A stretch of DNA of 63,289 bases, filler included, from Octopus bimaculoides (lineage: Eukaryota): the NCBI RefSeq assembly GCF_001194135.2. It is 4 parts of 4 records of this genome, joined end to end, with 100 filler letters (N's around TTAATTAATTAA, not from the genome) between each part and the next. Parts side by side here need not be neighbours in the genome. Positions count along the whole stretch, not along the records: positions 1 to 28,436 come from NC_068983.1; positions 28,537 to 45,492 come from NC_068993.1; 2 more parts are not named here. The stretch is one strand, 5' to 3'. This document shows positions 26,270 through 39,872 of this stretch, one piece after another. Every line of letters begins with the position of its first letter. The first letter of the stretch is position 1. A program made the position numbers and the translations under genes. Below the pieces are notes generated by a model. It worked only from the letters and a program-made list of their open reading frames with translations, was not told the origin of the DNA and did not search any database.

Positions 26270-28230
26270 CTTCAAAGGTCAGAGGCAATGTGGAAAAAGG
26301 AGAGATGTTCTACGCATATATACGCAACCAGTCATATCATTAAAGTAAAGAAAACTAACGCACTCTCAAAGGTTATACCTCGCCGAACACTATTCAAGTG
26401 TGCCCCACCACTAATCCATAGTGGATTGAAGTGCTTCGAACTTCCTGCAGCTGTGGTTAAGCCCGTGATGAGGTTAATAAGGAAATTTCACCACCAAGTA
26501 ACATAGATTCAAAAAGAGCACTATACGTGTACTATATCTGTAACTCATGCGCGTAGCTGTCATGTTGTTAGTAACAGGGGGGGGGATGAAAGTCATTGCC
26601 TGAAAACCTGGTATCAATACGATGTATCTAGTCTATATAGCCTTCGTGGATGACATAACACTTCTAATACTATCAACCCAAGGAACATGGTAATCCCTGA
26701 GTTTACTGAAGTAGATGGCTGCATGATCACGTATGAAATTGAAACCAGGAAAATCTCTGAGTATCCTGAATGGAAAGCAGATGAATGATATCTTTAGTAT
26801 CCAGAAGCCTGAGATTCCAGTAATTCGGGGGAACGGAATCTGATGCCTTGGGAAGAATTATGGCGGATAAAGACAACGGCTAAGATACTTATGGCCCAAC
26901 TAAATAACTATCTCAAGGTTGTGGACAAAGCCAGCTACTCGGAAGATGTAAAGTGTATTGCTTCCATTACACTTTCATGCTGATAGTATAGTAGTCGTTC
27001 TTGCTATATGACTTCCCTATGACTCTCCACGTAGAGGACGTGCAGTAAATTCGTGCGATGATGGAAGAGTGTTCTCCTAACCTCCGGCTCTGTCAAACAG
27101 CAAGACCTCGAAGCTCCGCTTACCAATTCATCGGTAAGAGCATTGACTGGAAAGTTGGACATAACATGACCTTAAAAGGCGGCAGGAATTGGAAGTTCCA
27201 GGAAGTTGTGAAGTAAGGTTCTCGAAGTACTTGGGTTTATTGGTTGGTAATTTGTCAAGACGGATAGGACTTGAAAAGTACAGTACCAAGAAACAAAGCA
27301 ATTCCAAAGCGAGGAGCAAGAGAGGACTCAGAGTGCCGAGTTTCCAAGAGGCAACAGGGGAAGATGGCTGTGTTAAAGTGGTAGAGCTTTCCTACCAGAG
27401 ACAGTGAGTTTAGTGGACCTAAACACTCTAGAGGGATCTAGAGGCAAAACTGTTCACCTTCTTGTGTACTGCAGATAACTCCGAATAACGTTAACATCTG
27501 CGACAAAGTAGATTGATACTGTTAGCTGCGTGGAGAAACTGTTTGTACTCAGCAGCATTTGACTTATGGCACTAGGAAAATATCGATCAAATGGAGATAG
27601 GATAAGTGCCTTAAGGACTTGCAGAGATTTAATGGCGGCAAGCAACAGACATCACTGCCCAACGGCATCAGATTCCAATCAGAATGTGATAAGGCACCTG
27701 AGACAAAAGCATCTGTGATGGACCAGTTTTCTATTTTGCATCAAACCTTTAAATGAGACATGCAAGTGGGGCATTTGCCATTTTAATGACAATAAATATA
27801 TTTCTAGAAATTAAAGACCTCTTCTCAGTTATCTGAATAAGTTAAGTTTGCTAGAAGATCTAATGGTACTTGAGTTTTAGAACAGTATGCCGATGAGGTC
27901 CTATTTTGTTCTAGAAATTATTTTTTTCTTTTCATGTGCCATGCCTACTGGTATCGGCAAACATGGACATCATTGCCAAATTCTAAACATTCACAATTTG
28001 TTTTTTAATTTCCTGTTGCATTCTATCGGTTTATTTACAATTCACTCAGCTAGTTTTCTATCGTTCCTAACTTATCCAAAAGGACTGGTTCACGTGACAT
28101 CATAGCAAGGCCACTTACAGGCTGGTCTGTGGGACACGTCTTGAGGCCAGAGCTCAAGTAGTGTATGCTTTAGCCACGCCGGGCACTACCATCCCGTTAT
28201 AGAGAGGACTTGGATGTAGTTGGGGCTTTG
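26270..28230 (+). mobile_element. Degenerate HERO/NeSL-like RLE LINE
   Basis: RT-like AFVDDIT at 26640-26660, an upstream xSVPxxLIxxGLKCF-like segment, and a GRNWKFQEVV..LLVG..RIGL segment near 27180-27270. Many stops and frameshifts; boundaries are approximate. Confidence 0.6.
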
Positions 28231-28436
28231 GAGTAACTCCATATACCTTCAAACTCCTGAATTGGAGCCCCAATAGATGCAAATTAATTATCAAAACTAA
28301 CTATTAGTTAATGAAATCTCAATAATCTGCCTCACATAGGTAGGCTGAAAGGAAGAAAGATTTTTACTTTCACATATATCGCAGGATTATGATAATATTA
28401 AGAAATCTATGCACATATGCACACACACACATGTAT

Positions 28437-28536
28437 NNNNNNNNNNNNNNNNNNNNNNNNNNNNNNNNNNNNNNNNNNNNTTAATTAATTAANNNNNNNN
28501 NNNNNNNNNNNNNNNNNNNNNNNNNNNNNNNNNNNN
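28437..28536. other. Artificial assembly join spacer N44-TTAATTAATTAA-N44 (also 45493-45592 and 60860-60959)
   Basis: Three identical 100-bp spacers with the same geometry. Confidence 0.95.
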
Positions 28537-28912
28537 GTATCCTATCTAGTTCATTGATTCCTAAATATTTATATGGTTGGCTTTCGTCTAGTTCTCTTAT
28601 TTCATTGGCTTTATCTAGTGTTATATTGCTACTTTTAGCTAATTTCCCTCTTTTCAGGGTTGCTTTGGCACATTTTTCTAATCCGAATTTCATATCTATT
28701 TCCTTGGTAAAGCCGTGTACTGTCTGTAGTAGTGTTTCTAGCTCTTTGTCATTTTTTGCATAAAATTTTAGGTCATCCATATATAAAAGGTAGCTGACTG
28801 TTTTTCCGTAGCATTTGTAACCGCATCCAGTTCTATTTAGCAATTCAGTTAAAGGTGTGAGTGCCAGGCAGAACAGGAGTGGAGATAGCGTGTCTCCCTG
28901 GAATAGAGAAAT
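28537..28912 (-). mobile_element. R4/Dong-like RLE LINE reverse transcriptase fragment
   Basis: LFQGDTLSPLLFCLALTPL...LLYMDDLKFYAK...MKFGLEKCAK...YKYLGINE in an open frame, cut by the assembly gap. Confidence 0.9.
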
Positions 28913-29100
28913 TATTTGCTGTAGCCCATCTTTTATACCAAGGCAAACCATGTACATGATAACACTTTTAATCAGTTAAGATCAGAAGCCACGAGAGCCA
29001 CTGCCTGGTACTGCATCAGGATATTTAATCTTCTTCTTCTTCTTCTTCTTCTTCTTCTTCTTCTTCTTCTTCTTCTTCTTTATTATTATTATCATTATTA

Positions 29101-29147
<47 letters not shown>

Positions 29148-29150
<3 letters not shown>

Positions 29151-30100
29151 TAGTCTTATTTTCATCACGTGCTTTTACTGCACTACTTTTATATCCTGTT
29201 GTTGGATATATAATTTAACGAAGCAGGGGGAAAGAAATATTTACGCGACGCAATACGATTAGTATTACATGAGACTCAACGCTCTCAATCAACGGATCAC
29301 AGTGAACTGTTTACTTCTCAATTGCTCACAGTTCTTTATTTTATAGCAATGTATCAGTCCACTTTTAGTCACTTTGGGGTGGTCGGAATCCTGCCACAAC
29401 TACCGATCGCCGCTCTGTGTGCTTTTGGTATGTGTTGTGGTGTGTTGTGGTACTCTTATTTTCACTGTATTGAAAGTGCTCTTCGTAGGATGTGCGCGGT
29501 GCCTAGTAGTACTATCGTTTGTATGTTATATACATTTGTAAGTCCTGGTGTTTTGGTTCTGTATTTGTCAGTATGCTTTTTAATCATATCTAATGCACCT
29601 ACTATTATAGGAATTATTTCTGTTTTTAGGCTCCATATTCGAGGTACTTCTATTTCCAGATCTTTGTAATTTGAGAGTTTCTACGTTTCTTTTAGAGTTA
29701 CATTGTCATCTGTTGGTATTCATACATCGATCAGAAGCCATTTTTTCTTGGTTATCTCTGACAACTATATCCGGTCTATTAGACTTAATTTCTCTATTCG
29801 TGTGCATTGTCATATCCCAGAGTATTGTTGCTTTCTCATTTTCTGAGAAATTTTGTGGGGTGTCATGTCTGTCAATATATTCCTTCTTAGTCAGGACTGG
29901 GGAGTCAGAGACGATATGGTTTATTGTTTCTTCTCCATCACCACGTATTCTGCAGCTATTTGCATTATTTTCATTATGTGTTTTTGCTGATTTTTGGTGG
30001 GAAGACTTTGATTTTGTGCTGCAATTAAAAATCCTTCAGTCCTTTCTTTGAGTCCTGAGCTTCTTAACCATTGTTGGGATTTTACTTTGTGTACTTCTTT
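29148..30100 (-). mobile_element. R4/Dong-like RLE LINE 3' end with 3'UTR ending in (TAA)n
   Basis: Minus strand reads ILWDMTMHTNREIKSNRPDIVVRD...KDLEIEVPRIWSLKTEIIPIIVGALDMIKK...LLGTAHILRRALS, then UTR, then (TAA)n at about 29082-29147. Confidence 0.88.
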
Positions 30101-30109
30101 ATTATCATC

Positions 30110-31822
30110 ATTCGTTCGTAAAACACTGTAGGTAAAAATGCACCAGAGTCTTTAGTCATCTGTAAAGTCACAACAAGGACCTCAGACAGATAATACTTTC
30201 CTTAAGATGTGCAATGTACCCAATTAGGCTGCTTTTTGCAAGACATCAATTTTGCATGGGATTTCCAGTTACCTTAAGAAGTTTTGAAGTTTCAATGGGA
30301 TTGAGCCCAACGCTCCGAACACCACTGATAACACGTTTACATTATCCTCTCGCATTCCATACAATCTTGCCATTTCCACTTTCAATCCGGAGTACTTGGT
30401 GATATTTTCAACCTATTTACTCGCAACTTCATGTCATTTGGTATGGCTACATCAATGATCTGACAGTATCTGTCTCCCTTATTCAATATGAGAATATCAT
30501 GCCGAAGGTGTTCGATTACACGATCCGTCTGAAAATCATAGTCCTAGAGTATCATTACTTTTCCATCTTCCTGCATACCTTTACTTGGTACATGCTCATA
30601 CCAGTTCTCTGTTACTTCATATTGGGATTTACGGCATAAGAGCCAATGAAGATACACACATTTTATCGTGGCGGCGCTTGCATTCTTTTTGTGCAAGGCT
30701 TTCACATACACTTACCAAGTGGGTCACATTTTCCACACTCTTTCCACAGAGTCTGCATTTCTGAGTGTCAGAAGTTTTATAGATGCTATACTTCACTGAA
30801 TTGGTAGCGAGAGCCTGGCCTTGTGCAGCAATGATCAGGCTTTCGGTGGAACGCTTCAAATCACTTCGCTCAATCCATACCTACGCTGCTGTATTATCCT
30901 TAACGTCTTATGTATTCCTTTCAAACTGTCCATGCATTCTCATTTCAAGGTCTTCTTTTCTCTTCTCTGCATTTACATCCATATCTTCTGCAGAAGGTCT
31001 TCATTACTATTTATTAAATACTCGGCAAGCATTCTCCTTTCACTCCTTATACAATGGTCTATACTAATTAGTCCTCTGCCACAATTCTTTCTTTCCATAT
31101 GCAGTCTGTTTGCGTTTGCTTTAGGGTGTAACCTCATGCAGCGTCATCAACTTTTTCGTCCTTCTATCCAGTGTTGATATTTCCTCCTTAGTCCATTTGA
31201 GGATGGACGCACTATATCTGACAAACCGCAATTGCTCGGATATTCATTGCGGTAATCAAATTTTTAGCATTCAGATTGGATTTCAACACCATCTTCAACC
31301 TTTTTTGATACGCCTCGCTGTCCTTGACATTCAAATCGCTGTGTCGAATGTCAACCAGCTCTAAAATCCCTAAATATCTATACCCACTACTGTCGGGTTC
31401 CCCCATGTTCTCTCCTGATGGTAACCGCATTCCTCTGCAGGCTGCTTTCTTCCCTCTTTTCATATTAAGCATTTGGTAATCCCAAATTCCATACCGATGT
31501 CCCTACCACATTTCTGGACAGTTTAGGTCAAGGAATCTATCTGTTTTTCAGATTTCCGAAACAATTTCAGGTCATCCATAAACAGAAGATGGTTCAATGA
31601 TGGGCCTTTCTTCCCGCATCCGTAACCTATCTTAACTTTCCTAATTGTCATTATTATGGGTATAAGTGCGATTACAAAAAGTAACGGAGAAAACGAGTTA
31701 CCTTGGAAGATTCCCCCTTTAATATTAACTTCTCCAAGGAATACATTACTTGAGTACAATTTGGTTTTCCACGCGTTCATGCAATGCATGATGTTTTGTA
31801 TTGTTGACAACATCATACAGTT
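30110..31822 (-). mobile_element. R4/Dong-like RLE LINE, 5'-truncated (RT, CCHC knuckle, RLE), second family
   Basis: GGIFQGNSFSPLLF...LNHLLFMDDLKLF; TESLIIAAQGQAL...KCRLCGKSVENVTHLVSVCESLAQKECKRRHDK; IIDVAIPND. Frameshifted. Confidence 0.9.
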
Positions 31823-32261
31823 TCTTCTTCTTCTTCTTCTTCTTCTTCTTCTTCTTCTTCTTCTTCTTCTTCTTCTTCTTCTTCTTCTTNNNNNNNNNNN
31901 NNNNNNNNNNNNNNNNNNNNNNNNNNNNNNNNNNNNNNNNNNNNNNNNNNNNNNNNNNNNNNNNNNNNNNNNNNNNNNNNNNNNNNNNNNNNNNNNNNNN
32001 NNNNNNNNNNNNNNNNNNNNNNNNNNNNNNNNNNNNNNNNNNNNNNNNNNNNNNNNNNNNNNNNNNNNNNNNNNNNNNNNNNNNNNNNNNNNNNNNNNNN
32101 NNNNNNNNNNNNNNNNNNNNNNNNNNNNNNNNNNNNNNNNNNNNNNNNNNNNNNNNNNNNNNNNNNNNNNNNNNNNNNNNNNNNNNNNNNNNNNNNNNNN
32201 NNNNNTTTCTGTATGTTATATATTTTTTTAAGTCCTGGTATTATTATTATCATCATCATCA

Positions 32262-32325
<64 letters not shown>

Positions 32326-32326
<1 letters not shown>

Positions 32327-33000
32327 GTCGTCGCACAGTATACAATATCGTGAGGTTGTTGATTGAAGATATTGTATCTACCGGGGCATTGTACTGTTTG
32401 TCAAGTCACAAGCAAGGAGCTCAGACAGACAGTACTGTACGCAATATGCGTGAAGTTCCAAATTATGCCGACTTTTGCAATACATCTAGATTGTAGTATA
32501 TCTAAGGTTTTCAGATGTTTTTTTCAAATTGGGTAATATTGAACACAATACTCCGATGACAATAGGGATAACCTTTACGTTCGACTCTCGTAGCTGCCAC
32601 ATATTAGCGATCTCAATTCTTAGGTCTCCATATTTATCAACTTTTTCTCTTTCTTTTATGATGATATGATCTCCTGGCACTGCTACGTCAATTATTAGGC
32701 ACTCTTGTTTGTCCCTCCCAAAGGTTACTATATCCGGCCTTCGGTGCTTTGACTGTCTGGAAATCAAAGTCCCAGAGTTTTGTCTTCCCTTTTCGTCCAT
32801 AACCTTTTCCAGTGTATGTTGGTACCACGCACCCGTAATCTCATATCCATACTTACAGCAAAGTAGGCAGTGGAGGTTTTGGGCTACTTTGTCGTGTCTA
32901 CGCTTGTGCTCATTCTGTGCAAGACTTTCACAAGCACTAACAATGTGAGTTACGCTTTCAACCCTCTTCCCACACATTCTGCAGAGGTCCGATGCACTTG
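32326..33000 (-). mobile_element. R4/Dong-like RLE LINE 3' fragment embedded in (TAA)n
   Basis: CGKRVESVTHIVSACESLAQNEHKRRHDKVA...HRRPDIVTFGRDKQECLIIDVAVPGD...EKVDKYGDLRIEI. (TAA)n tracts lie on both sides. Confidence 0.9.
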
Positions 33001-33034
<34 letters not shown>

Positions 33035-33457
33035 NNNNNNNNNNCCACCGAGGTCGTCTTTGCCTCTCAGCCTTTCGGGGTCGATAAATTAATTACCAGT
33101 GAAACACTAGGATCAATGTAATCGACTGGTCCCCTCCCGAAAATGTCAGGTTTTGTGCCTATAGTAAAAAGTATTATTATTATTGTTGTATTTGGGGATG
33201 GTCATGTTGCAAGTTTGCCAATAAAAACACACGCACTATATATTTGGTGTTAATTTGATTCAGCTTTATTTTATTTGTTACATTACTCGTATTTTGGCCG
33301 AAGTTCTTTCGTCACACTTCTGTGACCTCATCAGTGGTCCTTTGCTTTCTTCTTCATCTTCTTCTTCTTCTTCTTCTTCTTCTTCTTCTTCTTCTTCTTC
33401 TTCTTCTTCTTCTTCTTCTTCTTCTTCTTCTTCTTCTTCTTCTTCTTCTTCTTCAAA

Positions 33458-34215
<758 letters not shown>

Positions 34216-34505
34216 TTAACATCGTTCAGTGTAGTAAGTTGGCGTGAGCGATAAAGCGCTGGATGTAATGCTAAAGATTTCATTGTAATTATGTTCATTG
34301 TTTCAGTTTCAAATTCGGATCGGTCTACTTAGCCTTTCTCCACTTCGATCGCGGATAAATTAAGTATCAACAAAACACTCAATTTGATTTAATTCATAAA
34401 ACAGAATAAATTCGAATCTAATAAACGAAAAAGAAATTTATATATTGATTCAGTATGCTCCATCGCCATCATCATTAACAAAAATATATTTTGATATCTT
34501 TTCAG

Positions 34506-34588
34506 AATCTCTCTGACTGCCTCTTGTCCCATGAAACTACAAAATTATCCGATGGACACTCAGGTTTGCCAGTTATATTTACAAAGCT
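34506..34588 (+). CDS. Internal exon encoding the Cys-loop of a pentameric ligand-gated ion channel subunit (anion-channel GABA-A/glycine/GluCl-like family)
   Basis: Acceptor ttgatatcttttcag and donor gtgagt bound an exon of exactly 83 bp (phase 2 in, phase 1 out). Translation is (R)ISLTASCPMKLQNYPMDTQVCQLYLQS(Y/F), with the C-x13-C loop and YPMD motif. An 83-bp exon with these phases is the conserved Cys-loop exon of GABA-A/GlyR-type genes. It is too short to appear in the ORF track. Confidence 0.93.
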
Positions 34589-36766
34589 GTGAGTAACAAC
34601 GTTATTTAGTGTTATCCATTTGGATATTTTATCTTCAATGACTTTAACCACTACCTGTTAGAAAGAAACGCAGAAGTTAAACGTTTTATAAAATAAAATT
34701 AAATCTTAAGTGTTCAGTTAAAAAGTTCAAGCTGCTTCGACCTATTTCACGGTCTGATCAACGTCGCATGGCATATCAGACAAGTGTCTTTTACCAGAGT
34801 CTCATGTTAACAAATATCTACATGGGGTAGCTAGTATGGGAGATAATGTTTAGAAGAAAATGATGTTTGTAATAAGGGTGGAACAGGGAAATATTCGGGT
34901 TGTGTGCGTGGGGTAAGAGGTGAACTACAAACCAATAAGTCCTTCTTTCCTTATATAAGAATTTAAAAAAATATAAAAGGTATTTCAGTTTATCGCCTTC
35001 TACTTTTAGCATTAAGCCTAATTTTGTTCAGTCAGCACTCGGATAATTTTCACAAGGATACAAAATAAATTAAATAAAAATGTCAGTTCCAGTGTATTAT
35101 GGAGCTTATTTCATCGGCACAAATTGTAAAACAAACAGTACAATAGCGGGTTAAATTATAATGTTGTAGAAAGCCTGCACCCCAAAAAAAGACATCATGA
35201 TACATGCCAAGTAATTTTAAATATAGTCTACGTTTATTTGTATTTAAAACAAAAACAAAAGGAAGATATAGTTTTAAAGGAAGTCGATACAGTTATTTGT
35301 AAGTAGATGAAAACACGATAAAAAAATTTAACTAAGATTGAATATCAATATTATATTTAAGTTGAAACCATAATAACATGTGCCTTATTTAACTTTTTAA
35401 ACATAGAATGAAAAAGAAAAGCGAATTCGTCCATAATATTTAAGAAACATACTCTTTTGTTTAGGCTTCATTGTTGAAAAGTTATTTATTACCTTATAAT
35501 CTTGCCCAGTAGGCAACTTGTGAACGGAAATACAACTTACGTGCTTCAACTGGTTGAATGATCATTCCAAAATTGCGCCAATTATTGGTAAGGTTAGTAA
35601 AACGTGGACAGGTTAGAATAAATGGATCATATGCTATTAGCGATCATGATTTTATGTATGTTGATAGTAATTCGACACTTTAATCTATCAAATGTTCATT
35701 ATCTCTTTGTGCGTGTCTTTCTGTGAAATAAACTCTTGCACCAATTCCGTTTGACTATGAATGATGTCTGAATATGTATAAACTAAAATTTCGAACTTGT
35801 TCTCGTTATCTGTGTAGTCAAAATGCTTTGGATCTAAAGTACTGATTGTAAAGTATTTATCTAAACCACTACGATTTTTACAATGTAGATTGCTCGAACA
35901 GAGTGATTGTTCTAGCACATTAAGTCAACAATAAATGCTTCTAGAAAATCGAGATCTAAACGTAGTTACAATCACAAATTAAAACCATTCTTACTCAAGT
36001 TCTATGGGTAAGATACAAACATCTCAATGTCAAGTTATCTCGTCTTAAAATGCAGAGAGTATAAGTCAATGGAGATCGCTTCTGACTGATAATAACAACT
36101 GCTAGAATTACCAATGAAATTGTTCTCGTATCACCCCTACTAACTTTTTTATACAGAAGAATGCATTGGATAATCCTAGATATACCACACTAGACATGAT
36201 GGTCATACGTGAACTCAATTAGGACTTAATGATGCTACAACAACGACAGCACAATATTCTGCGTTGACAACAGGAAACAAAGGGATTTGACACGTGGCAA
36301 ACATTAGAAATAAGTTCTGGAAAATTGCAATTTGATTTTGATCCCTAGTTGAAGTCATTTTTTTATTTTTTCATAATTATATATTCGCAAAAGAGATGGA
36401 TGTTAAACAATCTTATTTCTTCATACATGCAATAGAAAAAACCTCATGTCTATGTCATTAATCAGACTGCACAATGACAGAAAGTGTACAGTGCCAAGCT
36501 AAATGGCCAGCAGTATTTATTTCTATTCTACTTCCTATTTTTTATGTTCCTATCGGAACCGGTTTTCTCTTTCACTGAGAAAATTAGGTAAGCGTGACTA
36601 CCTCTCATACATACAAAAGTTTGACTATAGTTTGGGTAATACAATAAGTCAACTTAAACGCTGTCGACTGAAGTCCTATTTAGAAGGAAAATAGTCTTTC
36701 AACACGACACAGAAAAAGAAATAAAAATAAGTCGAAGTATACGACGAGTGTTTGTGTGCATGTGCG

Positions 36767-36805
<39 letters not shown>

Positions 36806-36882
36806 GTGTGCGTGTGTGTGTACGTGTGAACAGACGAGTAAGTCAATCTCATATATCGTATGATAATAATAATAATAAATGC

Positions 36883-37270
36883 CCTGATGCAATACTAGGC
36901 ACTGGCTTTCATGGCTCCTTATCTTAACAACTGAATGAAAGTACTATCATGTATATGTTTTGTCTTGGAATAAAAGAAAGGCTACAGCAAATGTTCTGCT
37001 CAATACCACAAACCACAGCACATACCCAAAGCACGCAGAATGGCGCTCGGTAGTTGTGGAAGGATTCCGACCACCCCTAAGCGACTAAAAGTGGACTGAC
37101 ACATTGCTATAAAATAAAGAACTGTGAGACAATCATGTCGCGCGCATATGGTTATGATGCATGTGCCTGGTGTACTTTAATCAGACGGTTAGTCATGGTG
37201 GGTATATTGGGCTTTGCATATTTGTACCCCAGTATCACTTTGATGGCATACGCTGCTCTCTCACTCAGTA
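36883..37270 (+). mobile_element. Composite short non-LTR element between (AAT)n tracts: shared 5' module, LINE 3'UTR piece and distinct 3' module
   Basis: 36883-36992 matches the reverse complement of 28915-29020. 37013-37128 matches the reverse complement of 29325-29440. (AAT/AAC)n follows from about 37270. Confidence 0.8.
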
Positions 37271-37283
37271 ATAATAATAAGAC

Positions 37284-37367
<84 letters not shown>

Positions 37368-37574
37368 CACAAATAGGGGCTGCAATAAGGGTGGAACACT
37401 TGCAGAAAACAGCGCTGCTTGGAACCGCTTGAATACCCCGGATGGTGCTCAAAAATTAAGAATGTTACCTTAGTTCACTGGTAGTGAACAGCTGATACCA
37501 TAGTTTATGTCCAGCGTTAGTATCTGTTCAAAGACAATAAAATAATAATAATATTAATGACAATGATGACGATT

Positions 37575-37700
37575 ATGATCCATCCATCGTCGCCCATTAC
37601 TCATGGGAAGGTCGGGGTGGGGAGTCTTCAGGTATTCCCTCCATAGACTCCTGTCAGAAGCAACTGTCATTACGCTTACCGGTTAGATTCCCAAGTGTGA
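37575..37700 (-). mobile_element. RTE-like LINE 3' end fragment
   Basis: Minus strand reads DRSLWREYLKTPHP (DRxxWR-type C-terminus), followed by a short-repeat tail. Confidence 0.45.
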
Positions 37701-37719
37701 ACAATTGACACTATGAATA

Positions 37720-37947
37720 ATCCTTTTTTTCTTCTTTTATACTCTAGGCAAAGGCCCGAAATTTTGGGGGAATGGGCTAGTCCATTAGATCGACTCCAAT
37801 TCGCAACGGGTACTTAATTTATTGACCCCAAAAGGATGAAAGGCAAAGTCGACCTCAGCGGAATTTGAACTCAGAACGTAAAGACAGACGAAATACCGCT
37901 AAGCATTTCGTCCGGCGTGCTAATGTTTCTGCCAGCTCACCGCCTTA
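37720..37947 (-). mobile_element. Full-length SINE family A copy
   Basis: Complete head-to-tail copy; 12-bp TSD ACACTATGAATA at 37708-19 and 37951-62. Confidence 0.92.
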
Positions 37948-38627
37948 GTCACACTATGAATATTATATAGCCATATCATTCTTAGTCTACAACCACATCA
38001 TTCTTAGTCTATTGTCTTTCTCGTTTCCAATTTGAGTTGTTATCTGGTCAACTGTTAATGGCGAAAAATGACGGATTTGTCGATACCTTCTTTAACTGTA
38101 AACATCTTCTATAAGATGCACCACAGAGATATTTACTTGTTACACATACGTCTTTTCCATACTAAAGTAACAACAATGTAGACACTCTCTCACTCGATCC
38201 AATATAGAAGTCTCAAGATGGTCAACTGACCTGCTAGAAAGAAGGCGCGCAACACCCTCAAGTTTCACAACGCTATCTTAACAACATTGGGCTGTGTACA
38301 AGATAGTCTAAAACAACATGATGGAAAGAAGGATTAGAATACATTAACTTGATCTGATTAGGGCTGTCAAGGTTAAAAAACGACAAAAACAACATTTCTT
38401 TCTGTTTATAAAACTTCTAACACCCTTGTTAATTCATTATATTTTTTAGCACCTACCTTCATTCATCCCCCAACTACCTGACTACATAACTACAAAGCTA
38501 CACACCAAGATCAGTCCCATTGCATGGTGCCTTGGGCAAGTGTCTTCTACAGTAGTCAGGTTGACGAAAACGTTGTGAGTGAATTTTGGTAGACAGAAAC
38601 AGAAAGAAGACCGTCTTATGTTATATA

Positions 38628-38664
<37 letters not shown>

Positions 38665-39872
38665 ATGTATGTGTGTGTGTACGTGCGTGCGTGCGCGGAT
38701 GTGTATGTATGTATGTATGTCATTATTCAATTTTATTTCAAGAATTCTTGCCAATAGAGAAAGAGCCCGTTTCTAAACCAGATCCAAGACACCTTCATCG
38801 AAATCTCGACAACACCAACAGGGTATTTCTGTATGTATGTAAGTATGTATATATGTTTGGATGTATTATGTACGTATGTATGTTTGTAGATAAAACTTAC
38901 TTGGAAAAGGATGCGTGGCGTTTAATCCTATAATAATATAAATAAAATATAAATATATGCATATATCGATACATATATGTACATACCTACATCTATATGT
39001 ATACATACATGCAAATATGGGTACAGGACATAAAAAAATAATCGTTAAACACAATGAGAAACGAAAACATAAAAACGAACGAAAACATAGAAAACGAACT
39101 TTTTTTCGAACAGCGAAAAGACCAAACAGAGAAACGAGACATGCAACATAAAGAGTATACCCCTTCGTCAGTTGTCCCTGTTTCATCTACCCCTCGTTTC
39201 GAAGGCAAGGACAATACGCGACTTCGTAGAAACAGTCCTTCTCGCAAACCAAATTAAGTAAAATTTNNNNNNNNNNNNNNNNNNNNNNNNNNNNNNNNNN
39301 NNNNNNNNNNNNNNNNNNNNNNNNNNNNNNNNNNNNNNNNNNNNNNNNNNNNNNNNNNNNNNNNNNNNNNNNNNNNNNNNNNNNNNNNNNNNNNNNNNNN
39401 NNNNNNNNNNNNNNNNNNNNNNNNNNNNNNNNNNNNNNNNNNNNNNNNNNNNNNNNNNNNNNNNNNNNNNNNNNNNNNNNNNNNNNNNNNNNNNNNNNNN
39501 NNNNNNNNNNNNNNNNNNNNNNNNNNNNNNNNNNNNNNNNNNNNNNNNNNNNNNNNNNNNNNNNNNNNNNNNNNNNNNNNNNNNNNNNNNNNNNNNNNNN
39601 NNNNNNNNNNNNNNNNNNNNNNNNNNNNNNNNNNNNNNNNNNNNNNNNNNNNNNNNNNNNNNNNNNNNNNNNNNNNNNNNNNNNNNNNNNNNNNNNNNNN
39701 NNNNNNNNNNNNNNNNNNNNNNNNNNNNNNNNNNNNNNNNNNNNNNNNNNNNNNNNNNNNNNNNNNNNNNNNNNNNNNNNNNNNNNNNNNNNNNNNNNNN
39801 NNNNNNNNNNNNNNNNNNNNNNNNNNNNNNNNNNNNNNNNNNNNNNNNNNNNNNNNNNNNNNNNNNNNNNNN

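Noticed and set aside
36165-36215. YTTLDM resembling the GYTTDD exon that follows the Cys-loop exon
   Set aside because: Wrong phase for joining, and an in-frame stop follows within about 14 codons.
36503-36587. ATG ORF or hydrophobic frame ending at a strong GTAAGC donor
   Set aside because: No homology, no compatible acceptor phase with the Cys-loop exon, and pyrimidine-rich composition explains the hydrophobicity.
39150-39215. Minus-strand GAAA...CTGACGA as a type II hammerhead
   Set aside because: No stem III or stem I pairing can be drawn; at most a decayed Penelope-like terminus.
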